Assembly (NCBI GenBank): GCA_024279495.1
Contig: JAJRRL010000004.1
Location: 3,432 to 67,431, forward strand
Direction: 5' to 3'
Length of the DNA stretch: 64,000 bases
Source of the DNA: Gammaproteobacteria bacterium
GTDB lineage: Bacteria > Pseudomonadota > Gammaproteobacteria > JAJRRL01
In this document: positions 18,673-27,359 of the stretch, one piece after another
Numbering within the stretch: the first letter of the stretch is position 1
How the letters are laid out: every line of letters starts with the position of its first letter
The notes under the pieces: generated by a model
What the model saw: only the letters and a program-made list of their open reading frames with translations
Database searches by the model: none
What the model was told of the DNA's origin: nothing
Position numbers and translations under genes: made by a program

Positions 18673-19365
18673 ATGGGCGAATCACAAAAATCAGATCAAG
18701 AAAAGAAAGATCAAAGTGCGATTTATACTGTCTTTTTGAGAAATCGTTTCTATCAAGATGGTTATTTCCGAATGTTGTTTATTTTGCTTCTAACGATTGG
18801 TTTGGCTGTTTTGCTAGGTATAGCTGTGATCTATCGTTTGGCTCATCCGCCAAAGCCACTTTATTTTCCCACTACGCCAGATGGTAGAATCATTCAGACC
18901 TTTCCTTTGAGCAAGCCAGTTGTGTCTGATGATTTTGTTTTACAGTGGGCAACCGATTCTGTTTCGAAGGCCTTTGCGCTGGATTTTGTGCATTGGCGTC
19001 ATCAGCTCTCCTCAGCAGAAGAAAATTTCACTCCCTTTGGTTGGAAAGGGTTTGTAAAAAGTTTAAAAGAGTCTAACAACTTAAATACACTGATGGATAA
19101 ACAGCTGGTATCGAACTTGAAAATAACGGGTTCTCCTAGGGTTGCTCGAAGAGCTCTGATTAAAGGTCGTTATGCGTGGCGTATTTTGGTGCCTGCTATG
19201 TTGCAGTTCAAAGGCGCACATTTCAATTTGCAAATGCCAATGAATATCGCCCTTATTATTGTGAGAGTGCCAGTGAAAAACTACCCTCAGCGCATTGCGA
19301 TCAATAACTTTATTTCACAGACCCTTGGACCAAATGAGGCATCCAAGCAGGAGGAAGCTAGATGA
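18673..19365 (+). CDS. icmL: Dot/Icm inner-membrane protein IcmL/DotI (IcmL.2-like)
   Basis: 230 aa with a TM helix and a conserved periplasmic domain. Immediately upstream of icmK. Confidence 0.85.
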   Translation: MGESQKSDQEKKDQSAIYTVFLRNRFYQDGYFRMLFILLLTIGLAVLLGIAVIYRLAHPPKPLYFPTTPDGRIIQTFPLSKPVVSDDFVLQWATDSVSKAFALDFVHWRHQLSSAEENFTPFGWKGFVKSLKESNNLNTLMDKQLVSNLKITGSPRVARRALIKGRYAWRILVPAMLQFKGAHFNLQMPMNIALIIVRVPVKNYPQRIAINNFISQTLGPNEASKQEEAR

Positions 19366-20477
19366 TCCGATACATGAAAGCCAAGTTTTTAAGTAAGTGC
19401 ATTAGAGTTGCTTTCATTTGCTCTGGTGTTTTGCTTGCTGTTTCGGCTGAAGCGGCTCCTTTTGGAGTGGGTTCTTCTGGACATGGATCATCTGAAGGGC
19501 AAGCTTTATCTAGGCAGTTCGGTGTGGCGCGGTCAAGCTTGCAGATGTCTAGTTCTACGCTCGCTAAAGGAGCGCATGCTAATACTGCAAGGGGACAGAA
19601 GGCAGAGCCAAAAAGTACCGACAGATTGCCTGCAGCAAAAGGCGATGGCCAGAAAAAAGGAGGCGCAGTTCATGGGCATGCAAACACAGTTGTAAGAGGC
19701 GCTTCTATTCGTGATCAGGCCTTTTCAAATGCATCAAGAATGCTGATGCCAATGACGCCAAACCAAATTCAAACCTTGCATCAGCTCTATTCAAAAAGTC
19801 AGCGTGCTATTGCAAGTTCGCCATCAACCCCACCTAAGCCAACAACGACTGAATTAGCACTCAATATTGCACCGGGTTCAACACCACCAGTCATTCGTTT
19901 AGCTGCTGGTTTTGTGACATCGGTTGCTTTGCTTGATGCAACAAGCAGTCCTTGGCCAATTGAGTGGATTGATGTAGGTAACCCAAAAGATTATAATGTT
20001 CAGTGGGATAAAAAAAGCAATGTGATGATTATCCAAGCTTTGACTTCTTATGGTTCAGCAAACTTGGCTTTGAAATTAGTAGATATGCCAACACCGATCA
20101 TGATCACGCTGATGCCAGGTCAGAAGGTAGTTGATTATCGCGTTGATTTAAGAGTGCCGGGTATTGGTCCAAATGGCGCGTCTGCTTCTTCAGTTCAAGG
20201 CTTACCAAACATGGGTGATCCGGTTATTTTGTCTGTTCTTAACGGTGTCCCACCCAGAGGTAGCGTGACACTAGAGGTTAAGGGTGGTGCAGCGAAAGCG
20301 TGGCTGATTCATAATCAAGTTTACTTGCGAACTCGCATGACAGTTATTTCACCAAGCTGGATTACTCAATTATCTAGTGGTGATGGGACGCATGTGTATG
20401 TGTTGCCTGTTTCTCCTATCGTTTTAGCGATGGATCACGGGCGAATGACATCATTAACAGTCAAATACGATGGATAA
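19362..20477 (+). CDS. icmK: Dot/Icm outer-membrane core protein IcmK/DotH
   Basis: 371 aa with a signal peptide. The ATG overlaps the icmL stop (ATGA), with AGGAGG 7 nt upstream. Canonical position. Confidence 0.88.
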   Translation: MIRYMKAKFLSKCIRVAFICSGVLLAVSAEAAPFGVGSSGHGSSEGQALSRQFGVARSSLQMSSSTLAKGAHANTARGQKAEPKSTDRLPAAKGDGQKKGGAVHGHANTVVRGASIRDQAFSNASRMLMPMTPNQIQTLHQLYSKSQRAIASSPSTPPKPTTTELALNIAPGSTPPVIRLAAGFVTSVALLDATSSPWPIEWIDVGNPKDYNVQWDKKSNVMIIQALTSYGSANLALKLVDMPTPIMITLMPGQKVVDYRVDLRVPGIGPNGASASSVQGLPNMGDPVILSVLNGVPPRGSVTLEVKGGAAKAWLIHNQVYLRTRMTVISPSWITQLSSGDGTHVYVLPVSPIVLAMDHGRMTSLTVKYDG

Positions 20478-20489
20478 CGGGGATAGCTC

Positions 20490-23400
20490 ATGGCAGATAA
20501 AATAGAGTTTGGTCAGTCTAACAATCCTAAAAAGCGTTTATGGTTAGCGCTTTTTGCTGTTGTTGCCGTTGTGGTTGGCGGCTGGTTTTTATTAAAGTAT
20601 TTTGAAAAAAGCTCGCAGCCTAAGTCATCAGCTAGTGTGGCTAGAGCCCCAGGCTTGAAAGCCTTGCCGGGTAGTGATGTGTCGCAAGCGTATCAGAGGG
20701 CGCAGCTTGCTTCTAATCGTCAGAAAGAGCATCAAGCGATAGTGACGGGAGGAAGTAACGTACCTACCATTATGCGTCCAGGGTTTATGTCTGATAAAGC
20801 CTTCACACAAGAAAAGCCAGTATCAAGTGCTTGTCCAAAACAAAGTGTGGTTCATGTTTATCGACCTAATCCCGCTAACTGTACATTAAAAAATGTTCAT
20901 CTGGCGAGACAGGCAGGTGTGACAGCTCAAGAAGAGCGATGTCAGGCGTGCTCGTGTCCAGTCATGCGAGCAGCAGGTTACACGGCAGGAGACATGAAAA
21001 CTGCTGGAGCAACAGCGCCGGAGTTAAAAGAGTGTGGCTTTTCAATCAATGAGCTTTTAAATGCAGGTTTTACAGCGAAAGAATTACAAAGCGCTGGATT
21101 TTCTCGAGCTGCCTTGGAAGCTGCCGGTGTGTCAGCAGCCATGTTGGGTGCAGATTGTTCTGTGAGTGCTTTAAAAGCGGAGAGAGCGAAAGGTCAGTCT
21201 GCAGCAGATCTTAAAAAAGAAGGTTGTAGCGCAGCCTCTTTAAAGGCAGCGGGTTATACAGCAAAAGAGCTTAAAGCGGCAGGCTTTAGCGCAGCTCAAT
21301 TAAAAGATGCGGGTTTTTCGGCTCAGCAGTTAAAAGCCGCAGGCTTCTCTGCAGCCCAATTGAAGAACGCAGGTTTTTCAGCTAACCAATTAAAAGCCGC
21401 AGGCTTTAGTGCGAAGCAATTAGCTGCAGCAGGGTTTAGCGCAAAAGAGTTAGCTAACGCTGGTTTTTCGCCATCAGAGATTGCCAGTATTTTAAAAAAT
21501 TGTTCTGCAAGTGCTTTGAAAAAGGCTCATGATAATGGTATGAGCGCAAAAATGCTTAGAGAAGCAGGTTGTAGTGCAGCTGCTTTGAAAGCAGCAGGGT
21601 ATACAGCTTCACAACTTAAGGCTGCGGGCTTTTCAGCCAAGCAGCTGAAAAGCGCAGGCTTTAGTGCGGCACAGCTGAAAAGTGCAGGCTTTAGTGCGGC
21701 ACAACTTAAGAATGCGGGTTTTTCAGCGAAAGATTTAGCAGAGGCAGGTTTCTCACCTAGCCAGTTAGCGGCGGCAGGATTTTCTGCAGCAGAGATAGCG
21801 AAAGCATCGAGCTGCTCTTTAGCAGCATTGAAGCAAGCACACGATCGAGGAGTCGGAGCAAAAGCTCTTAAAGCCGTAGGGTGTAGTGCAGCAGCTTTGA
21901 AAGCAGCAGGTTTTACAGCCAGCGAGCTTAAAGCGGCGGGCTTTAGTGCGGCACAGCTAAAAAATGCAGGTTTTTCAGCCAAGCAGTTAAAAAATGCAGG
22001 GTTTTCGGCTCAGCAATTGGCGTCGGCTGGATTTTCAGCAAAACAATTGGCGGCGGCTGGTTTTTCTCCAGATGAGATTGCGAAAATCATAAAGGACTGT
22101 TCGATAGCTGCATTGCAAAGAGCTCACGATCAAAATGTTAGCGCAAAAATACTTAGAGAGTCAGGGTGTACAGCAGCAGCTTTAAAAGCAGCAGGGTATA
22201 CAGCTCGTCAATTAAAAGCAGCAGGTTTTTCTGCCAAACAATTGAAAAACGCAGGCTTTTCTGTAGAACAGCTGAAAAATGCTGGTTTCTCTGCCTCAGC
22301 TCTGAAAGACGCAGGCTTTTCTGCGAAGCAGCTTAAAGCAGCAGGCTTTTCTGCGAAGCAGCTTAAAGCAGCAGGCTTTAGTGCGGCTCAGCTTCAAGAT
22401 GCAGGTCTTTCTTCTAGTTCATGCCCACCGTTGAGTGAGCTGATTAGAGATCGTAATAGAGGTGTGTCTGCTGCTAAGTTAAAAGAAGAGGGATGTGGTG
22501 CGGCAATTCTTAAAGCAGCAGGTTTTACAGCAAGAGACTTGAGAAATGCTGGTTTCTCTGCAAAAGAATTGAAAAGTGCAGGCTTTACAGCGAAGCAGCT
22601 TAAAAATGCTGGCTTTACTGCTGGTCAGTTAAAAGCAGCAGGTTTTACAGCCAGCGAGCTAAAAAATGCAGGCTTCAGCGCAAGAGCTTTAAAAGCCGCG
22701 GGTTTTTCTGCAAAAGAGCTTAAGGCAGCAGGCTTTACAAGTGCCCAATTGAAAGCAGCAGGCTTTACTCCAGGTGACTTGATACGAGCAGGCTTTACAC
22801 CAGAAGATCAAGGCGATCAGCCAGTAAAAGCTAGGCAGGCAGTGACCAACTCATTGTTAGATGCAGGTCAGGTATCATCAAAGAAAAAAACAATGGCTGA
22901 GAAGTTGGCAATGCTTCAGAAGAGTCAGCAGGCTCGCTTGAATAAGCAGCAGAGAGCAAACATGATTGCTCAGATGCAAGCGCGGATGATGGGCCAGTCT
23001 CAAATCTTGTTAGGTAAATGGTCTAAATTTAATAAGCAAACCTACCAAGTAGGGGTTGATTCAAAAAATGCTGAAGGTGGATCTGGAGGCAATGCTCGAA
23101 AAGGAAGAGGCAACCGAAGAGGTGGCCGTGGTGGGTATAATTCTTTAGGAGGTCGAGGTGGGTCTCAGGATAGGCGCCCACTCTTTAAAGCTGGAACCAT
23201 TATGTATGGCGTGTTGGAAACATCCATCGATAGTGATGATAAAGGGCCTATCATGGCACAAATTGTGGATGGCCCTCTGAAAGGAACTAAACTTATCGGT
23301 CGCTTTACTCGACACGATATCACTCTTGCGCTGAAATTCTCGAAAGCGAATATCCCCGCCTATAAGAAATCAATTGGTGTCCAGTTTTATGCAATCGACC

Positions 23401-23795
23401 CAAATACTGCCCGAACAGCTTTATCTGGTTTGGTGAACAAACATTATTTGCTTCGATATGGTACTTACTTTGCGGCAGAATTCATGTCTGGTTTAGGTAG
23501 TGCTTTGGTAACATCCGGTAGCAATCAAACCTGTACAACAGGCGACGGTAGTAGTAACTGTACTACTTTGTACGGCCAGCTTAGCATTGCTGAAGATATA
23601 TTGGTCGGCTTAGGTCAGACCGGGCAGGCATTGTCCACTCGTTTGACTAGTACTATCGATACACCACCAACTGTAAAAATCGAGAAAGGGCGTGGTATAG
23701 GTTTGCTTCTGATGAGAGACTTGAAATTGCCAGGACCTCTGAAGACTCCATCCATGCGTGCTTTAGAGATACTCAAAGGAGATGATAATGGCTAG
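20490..23795 (+). CDS. icmE: Dot/Icm core channel protein IcmE/DotG (VirB10-like C-terminus with a long decapeptide repeat array)
   Basis: 1101 aa. N-terminal TM helix. About 60 consecutive AGF(S/T)AxxLK decapeptide units. Conserved C-terminal domain (GTIMYGVLETSIDSD...). Confidence 0.93.
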   Translation: MADKIEFGQSNNPKKRLWLALFAVVAVVVGGWFLLKYFEKSSQPKSSASVARAPGLKALPGSDVSQAYQRAQLASNRQKEHQAIVTGGSNVPTIMRPGFMSDKAFTQEKPVSSACPKQSVVHVYRPNPANCTLKNVHLARQAGVTAQEERCQACSCPVMRAAGYTAGDMKTAGATAPELKECGFSINELLNAGFTAKELQSAGFSRAALEAAGVSAAMLGADCSVSALKAERAKGQSAADLKKEGCSAASLKAAGYTAKELKAAGFSAAQLKDAGFSAQQLKAAGFSAAQLKNAGFSANQLKAAGFSAKQLAAAGFSAKELANAGFSPSEIASILKNCSASALKKAHDNGMSAKMLREAGCSAAALKAAGYTASQLKAAGFSAKQLKSAGFSAAQLKSAGFSAAQLKNAGFSAKDLAEAGFSPSQLAAAGFSAAEIAKASSCSLAALKQAHDRGVGAKALKAVGCSAAALKAAGFTASELKAAGFSAAQLKNAGFSAKQLKNAGFSAQQLASAGFSAKQLAAAGFSPDEIAKIIKDCSIAALQRAHDQNVSAKILRESGCTAAALKAAGYTARQLKAAGFSAKQLKNAGFSVEQLKNAGFSASALKDAGFSAKQLKAAGFSAKQLKAAGFSAAQLQDAGLSSSSCPPLSELIRDRNRGVSAAKLKEEGCGAAILKAAGFTARDLRNAGFSAKELKSAGFTAKQLKNAGFTAGQLKAAGFTASELKNAGFSARALKAAGFSAKELKAAGFTSAQLKAAGFTPGDLIRAGFTPEDQGDQPVKARQAVTNSLLDAGQVSSKKKTMAEKLAMLQKSQQARLNKQQRANMIAQMQARMMGQSQILLGKWSKFNKQTYQVGVDSKNAEGGSGGNARKGRGNRRGGRGGYNSLGGRGGSQDRRPLFKAGTIMYGVLETSIDSDDKGPIMAQIVDGPLKGTKLIGRFTRHDITLALKFSKANIPAYKKSIGVQFYAIDPNTARTALSGLVNKHYLLRYGTYFAAEFMSGLGSALVTSGSNQTCTTGDGSSNCTTLYGQLSIAEDILVGLGQTGQALSTRLTSTIDTPPTVKIEKGRGIGLLLMRDLKLPGPLKTPSMRALEILKGDDNG
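20960..22810 (+). repeat. in-frame 30-bp (decapeptide) repeat array within icmE/dotG, organised into five Cys-initiated super-repeats
   Basis: Repeated gcaggNttttcNgcNaaNcaNttaaaa units. Super-repeat first-Cys codons at 21156, 21501, 21813, 22098 and 22422. Confidence 0.9.
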
Positions 23796-24681
23796 AGATG
23801 ACCAAGATGAATACTTCTTTGATGATGCAGATATTGAGCGTCTAGACGATTCCGAGTCAGAATCAGAGGGTGTGGTATATGATCACGATACTGAAACGAT
23901 CGATGATTCTGAAGTTGACCTTACGGAATCAGAAGAAAAGGAAGAGTTTGAAGAGGTCAGTCCTTTTTGGCTCGACTTGAAAGATAAGGCCATTAGACTG
24001 TTCAAAAGCAATAAGCGCTTAGTGTACTTACTTTCAGTTGTGCTTGTTATTTATGTTACTGCCGACATAATGGGTTTTGGTATCCACAGGCCTCATGCAG
24101 CTAAGCGGGTAGTGTCACCTAAGCCTGTGCCAGCTGCAGTTAAGCCTGTCGCTAAGCAAGCTCCAGCTAAGTCTGCACCCCCATTGCCTGGTTTTGGTTC
24201 GGGTTTTATAGCTGATACAGCTCAATCCAGTCAGAGTAATTCAGCTGTGTCTTCAGAAGTAGCGAGCCTTAGGGCTCAAGTAGCAGAGCAAGCCGTGACA
24301 ATCCATACCTTGCTACAGACCGTTAAGACTCATGGATCAGCCGATGTAGCAGCTGCAGGAGCAAGTGGTAACCGTGTCACAGCTTTGCAAGGTAGAGTTG
24401 ATCAACTGACGACTCAACTAGGTGCGATGCATCATCAGTTAAAGACGCTCACGAAAGCTGAACAACAGGCGCAGTACAGAGCAAGCGCAGGTCCTCAAGC
24501 AATGTATCATGTTAGAGCCGTAGAGCCTGGCAGAGCATGGATTTTGGCGCGGGATGGTAGCTCTATGTCTGTTAGCCTTTCGTCTGTAATACCTGGCTAC
24601 GGCAAGGTGACAAGAATCGATTATATAGCAGGCATAATCGCCACAGAGAGTGGAAAAATGATACGTTTTGCTGCTCAATAA
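23788..24681 (+). CDS. icmG: Dot/Icm protein IcmG/DotF
   Basis: Acidic N-terminus, single TM helix, Pro/Ala-rich linker and conserved C-terminal domain. ATG 23788 lies 6 nt after AAGGAG and overlaps the icmE stop. The track start 23782 has no RBS spacing. Confidence 0.85.
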   Translation: MARDDQDEYFFDDADIERLDDSESESEGVVYDHDTETIDDSEVDLTESEEKEEFEEVSPFWLDLKDKAIRLFKSNKRLVYLLSVVLVIYVTADIMGFGIHRPHAAKRVVSPKPVPAAVKPVAKQAPAKSAPPLPGFGSGFIADTAQSSQSNSAVSSEVASLRAQVAEQAVTIHTLLQTVKTHGSADVAAAGASGNRVTALQGRVDQLTTQLGAMHHQLKTLTKAEQQAQYRASAGPQAMYHVRAVEPGRAWILARDGSSMSVSLSSVIPGYGKVTRIDYIAGIIATESGKMIRFAAQ

Positions 24682-24765
24682 GGTCTGGACTTGGGTTCAG
24701 AGAGGGGAAAGACTGTTGGCGTGCTATGCTTATTAGAAATATACCCTAGCAACTAGGAGACTATT

Positions 24766-25371
24766 ATGCAGAGCCGATTGCTTCGCTATGTCGTATCATT
24801 TATAAAATGCGCGTGGATCACTACGCTTTTTGTCGGCACTTGCTATGCTAGCAGTTCGTCAACTTATTCCCTGTATCTCGAGAACTCCATTTTATCGTTA
24901 GGGAACATTATCCAATATGTATCATTGGGTATGGGACTTGGTTTAGTGCTTGGCGGCCTTTTCATGTTGAAAAAATACGGGCAAATGAGAACCATGATGT
25001 CGCAACAGATGACTCTTACTAAGCCCCTTGCCATGCTTCTGGCAGGTAGTGCGCTAACCATTTTGCCAACGTTCATTGCTACGATGGAAAGAGCTTTTTG
25101 GGGTTCAAGCTGGTATGCCACGACAATGTCCATTAATACCAGTGAAGACTGGACTGGCCTTATTGGCCCTGTTCTGATGCTGGTGCGTTTGTTGGGTGTC
25201 GTCGCTTTGATGCGTGCTATCCTTATGATGACAAAAGCAGGTGGTCACCAGGGTCAGCCGGGTGCTGCAGGTAAGGCGGCAATGCATTTGATTGCAGGTA
25301 TTCTGTGTGTAAATATCAATGGAACTGTCGATATTTTAAGCAATATATTTGATTTTTCGAATATCTTTTAG
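24766..25371 (+). CDS. icmC: Dot/Icm inner-membrane protein IcmC/DotE
   Basis: 201 aa polytopic membrane protein. Position between icmG and icmD. AGGAG RBS. Confidence 0.82.
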   Translation: MQSRLLRYVVSFIKCAWITTLFVGTCYASSSSTYSLYLENSILSLGNIIQYVSLGMGLGLVLGGLFMLKKYGQMRTMMSQQMTLTKPLAMLLAGSALTILPTFIATMERAFWGSSWYATTMSINTSEDWTGLIGPVLMLVRLLGVVALMRAILMMTKAGGHQGQPGAAGKAAMHLIAGILCVNINGTVDILSNIFDFSNIF

Positions 25372-25521
25372 GGCTTTTGAAAAGTGTGATGCAGGTTAAA
25401 TGCTCACCTGAACGTAGGTTTTCCGCATGAAAGGGCACACCCTTACAGTAAGACCTTCATTTATTTCAAAAATAAGCTACTATGAGCGTAGGTTCTTTAT
25501 CCTTACTAAGGGGGATTTGCT

Positions 25522-25956
25522 ATGGTACGCAAACTGTTTACCTTTCTGAAACGCAAGCTAGCTGGTTTGCGAAAAGCGGGTGTTGCTCGTCTTGTGCTTG
25601 GTTTGTCATTAATCGGATGTTATTCCGTCGCATCAGCTGCGTCGGCCGCATCGGGTATTTCACTGTCTGTGATTGCGACAAACATTGCTACTACAATCGG
25701 TTACTTTTCAACCATCCTAACGGACATTGCGTTGGTTGCAGGTATCGGGTTTGTATTAGCTGCTTTGTTCAAGTTTCATCAGCATAAGCAAAACCCAACA
25801 CAGGTGCAGATCAGCCAAGGTGTCACACTACTTATTATTGGTGCAGCGCTATTGATCTTCCCTTATATCCTTACAACAGCGAAGAAAGCTGTATTTGGTT
25901 CTGCAACAGTTGCTAAGCTTTCTGGTGGTGCCATTCAAGGAATCATCGGTAGTTAG
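25522..25956 (+). CDS. icmD: Dot/Icm inner-membrane protein IcmD/DotP, copy 1
   Basis: 144 aa with hydrophobic helices. Conserved block LFKFHQHKQNPTQV.ISQGV.LLIIGAALLIFPYILTTAK. AAGGGGGA RBS. Confidence 0.85.
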   Translation: MVRKLFTFLKRKLAGLRKAGVARLVLGLSLIGCYSVASAASAASGISLSVIATNIATTIGYFSTILTDIALVAGIGFVLAALFKFHQHKQNPTQVQISQGVTLLIIGAALLIFPYILTTAKKAVFGSATVAKLSGGAIQGIIGS

Positions 25957-26060
25957 GTAATATAGGCAGGTTTAACGAAGCAAGGTCGCGATGTTAGGCT
26001 TGTCTTTTTTATCACCATTAATGGTGGTGATAACGAGTGAACTAAAGCAAGGAGGCTTAT

Positions 26061-26522
26061 ATGATCACCCGATTAGCGCATAGCGTTTGCAACAAACTAG
26101 GCAGAGTATTTTACTTTGTAAGAAGGCAGCGAGCCGCTCTTCTTCGATTACTCGTTGCTTTTGGTTTAATAGGTTACTTCTCAGCTGCCTCTGCAGGTGC
26201 GGCGACAGGTTTAACTCTTGGTTCTATTGCTGGGAATATCCAGACGACCATCAAATACTACAGTATCATTTTGGGTGACGTTGCCTTGATCGCTGGTATT
26301 AGCTTTGTATTGATGTCTTTGTTTAAGTTTCATCAGCATAAACAAAACCCAACTCAGGTGAAAATTAGCCAAGGTGTTGCCTTGCTTATTATTGGCGCGG
26401 CATTGCTGATTTTCCCTTATATTCTAACAACAGCGAAACGAGCTGTGTTTGGTAGCGCTACTGTTGCCACACTGTCAGGTTCTGCCATAGGCGGTATTGT
26501 TGGTGGAAGTTTGACTGGTTAG
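26061..26522 (+). CDS. icmD: Dot/Icm inner-membrane protein IcmD/DotP, copy 2 (tandem paralogue)
   Basis: 153 aa. The C-terminal ~65 aa are nearly identical to copy 1, while the N-terminal half is diverged. AAGGAGG RBS. Confidence 0.85.
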   Translation: MITRLAHSVCNKLGRVFYFVRRQRAALLRLLVAFGLIGYFSAASAGAATGLTLGSIAGNIQTTIKYYSIILGDVALIAGISFVLMSLFKFHQHKQNPTQVKISQGVALLIIGAALLIFPYILTTAKRAVFGSATVATLSGSAIGGIVGGSLTG

Positions 26523-26556
26523 TCGTTAGATACAAGCAGTTAGTTTTTCTAGAGAG

Positions 26557-26613
26557 GGCTTGTTGTTGATTTATTTTTCGAAGTGAAAATAAATTGGCAA
26601 CAAGCCTTTTTTT
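26557..26613 (+). terminator. Rho-independent terminator after the second icmD
   Basis: Long hairpin GGCTTGTTGTTGATTTATTTTTC-gaagt-GAAAATAAATTGGCAACAAGCC followed by a T7 run (26607-26613). Confidence 0.7.
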
Positions 26614-26714
26614 ATCGTGCAACTCCATGAAAAAGATCGAGAAAGTAGCTTAATCGTGCTATGATAGAAGTCGAGTATTCTCCTGATTGCTCAGTTAGTT
26701 TGAAGGTGTTATCC

Positions 26715-27359
26715 ATGTCAAAACTTGTCTCAGACGTACCGCTTTTACCCAAAGTTGCTGGTGTTCAGTGGCAATATTTTTGGCGACGGCGTACCGATTC
26801 GCGTTTTACTCCATTTGCTGAAAAAGTATGGAGGCGTGATCAATACCAGTGTCACTACTGTGGATTTGCATCAAAAAAGCATATGGATATTATCAACAGA
26901 AATGGTAATTATCATCAGAACACCATGGCTAATATGGTGACAAGCTGCTTTTTATGTACCCCCTGTTTTTTTCTCGAATCCGTAGGCCAGATGTTACCTG
27001 GCAATGGGGTTTTTATTTATTTACCTGATATGTCTCAAGCAGAGCTTAATGCGCTTTGCCATCTGCTGATGTTTGGTATGGTGACTGGTAGTGAGCAGTT
27101 GTCGCAGTTACGAACTCATTATCGTTCCTTGCGTTTACGTTCACAATTGGTTGAAAAGCATGTGGGTGAAGGTTTGAGCGATGTCGCGCATTATGTGCGT
27201 ATCGTTTCCGATATGAACTTAGATAAAATGAGTTCTTTCCAGAAAACATTTGATGAAAATATTCGTTTGCTGCCGGATATGTTGTCTTTTTCTTCGCTCA
27301 TACAAGAGTGCGCGATAGATGCATTAGCAGTAGACCCATTTACTCATGGAGGAGCGTGA
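26715..27359 (+). CDS. icmJ: Dot/Icm protein IcmJ/DotN (zinc-binding)
   Basis: 214 aa from ATG 26715 (GAAGG RBS). Cys cluster CHYCGF...CFLCTPC. Position before icmB. The track start 26661 is probably an over-extension. Confidence 0.85.
   Translation: MSKLVSDVPLLPKVAGVQWQYFWRRRTDSRFTPFAEKVWRRDQYQCHYCGFASKKHMDIINRNGNYHQNTMANMVTSCFLCTPCFFLESVGQMLPGNGVFIYLPDMSQAELNALCHLLMFGMVTGSEQLSQLRTHYRSLRLRSQLVEKHVGEGLSDVAHYVRIVSDMNLDKMSSFQKTFDENIRLLPDMLSFSSLIQECAIDALAVDPFTHGGA

Noticed and set aside
21527-21982. 151-aa minus-strand ORF and apparent 30-bp periodic repeats (CRISPR-like to a naive scanner)
   Set aside because: The periodic units are contiguous with no spacers and in frame, and they encode the DotG decapeptide array. 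The antisense ORF is a by-product of the low-complexity Ala-rich codons.
25482-25787. 101-aa plus-strand ORF overlapping icmD copy 1 in another frame
   Set aside because: The Cys-rich, low-complexity translation has no RBS. The overlapping IcmD frame is conserved with its paralogue.
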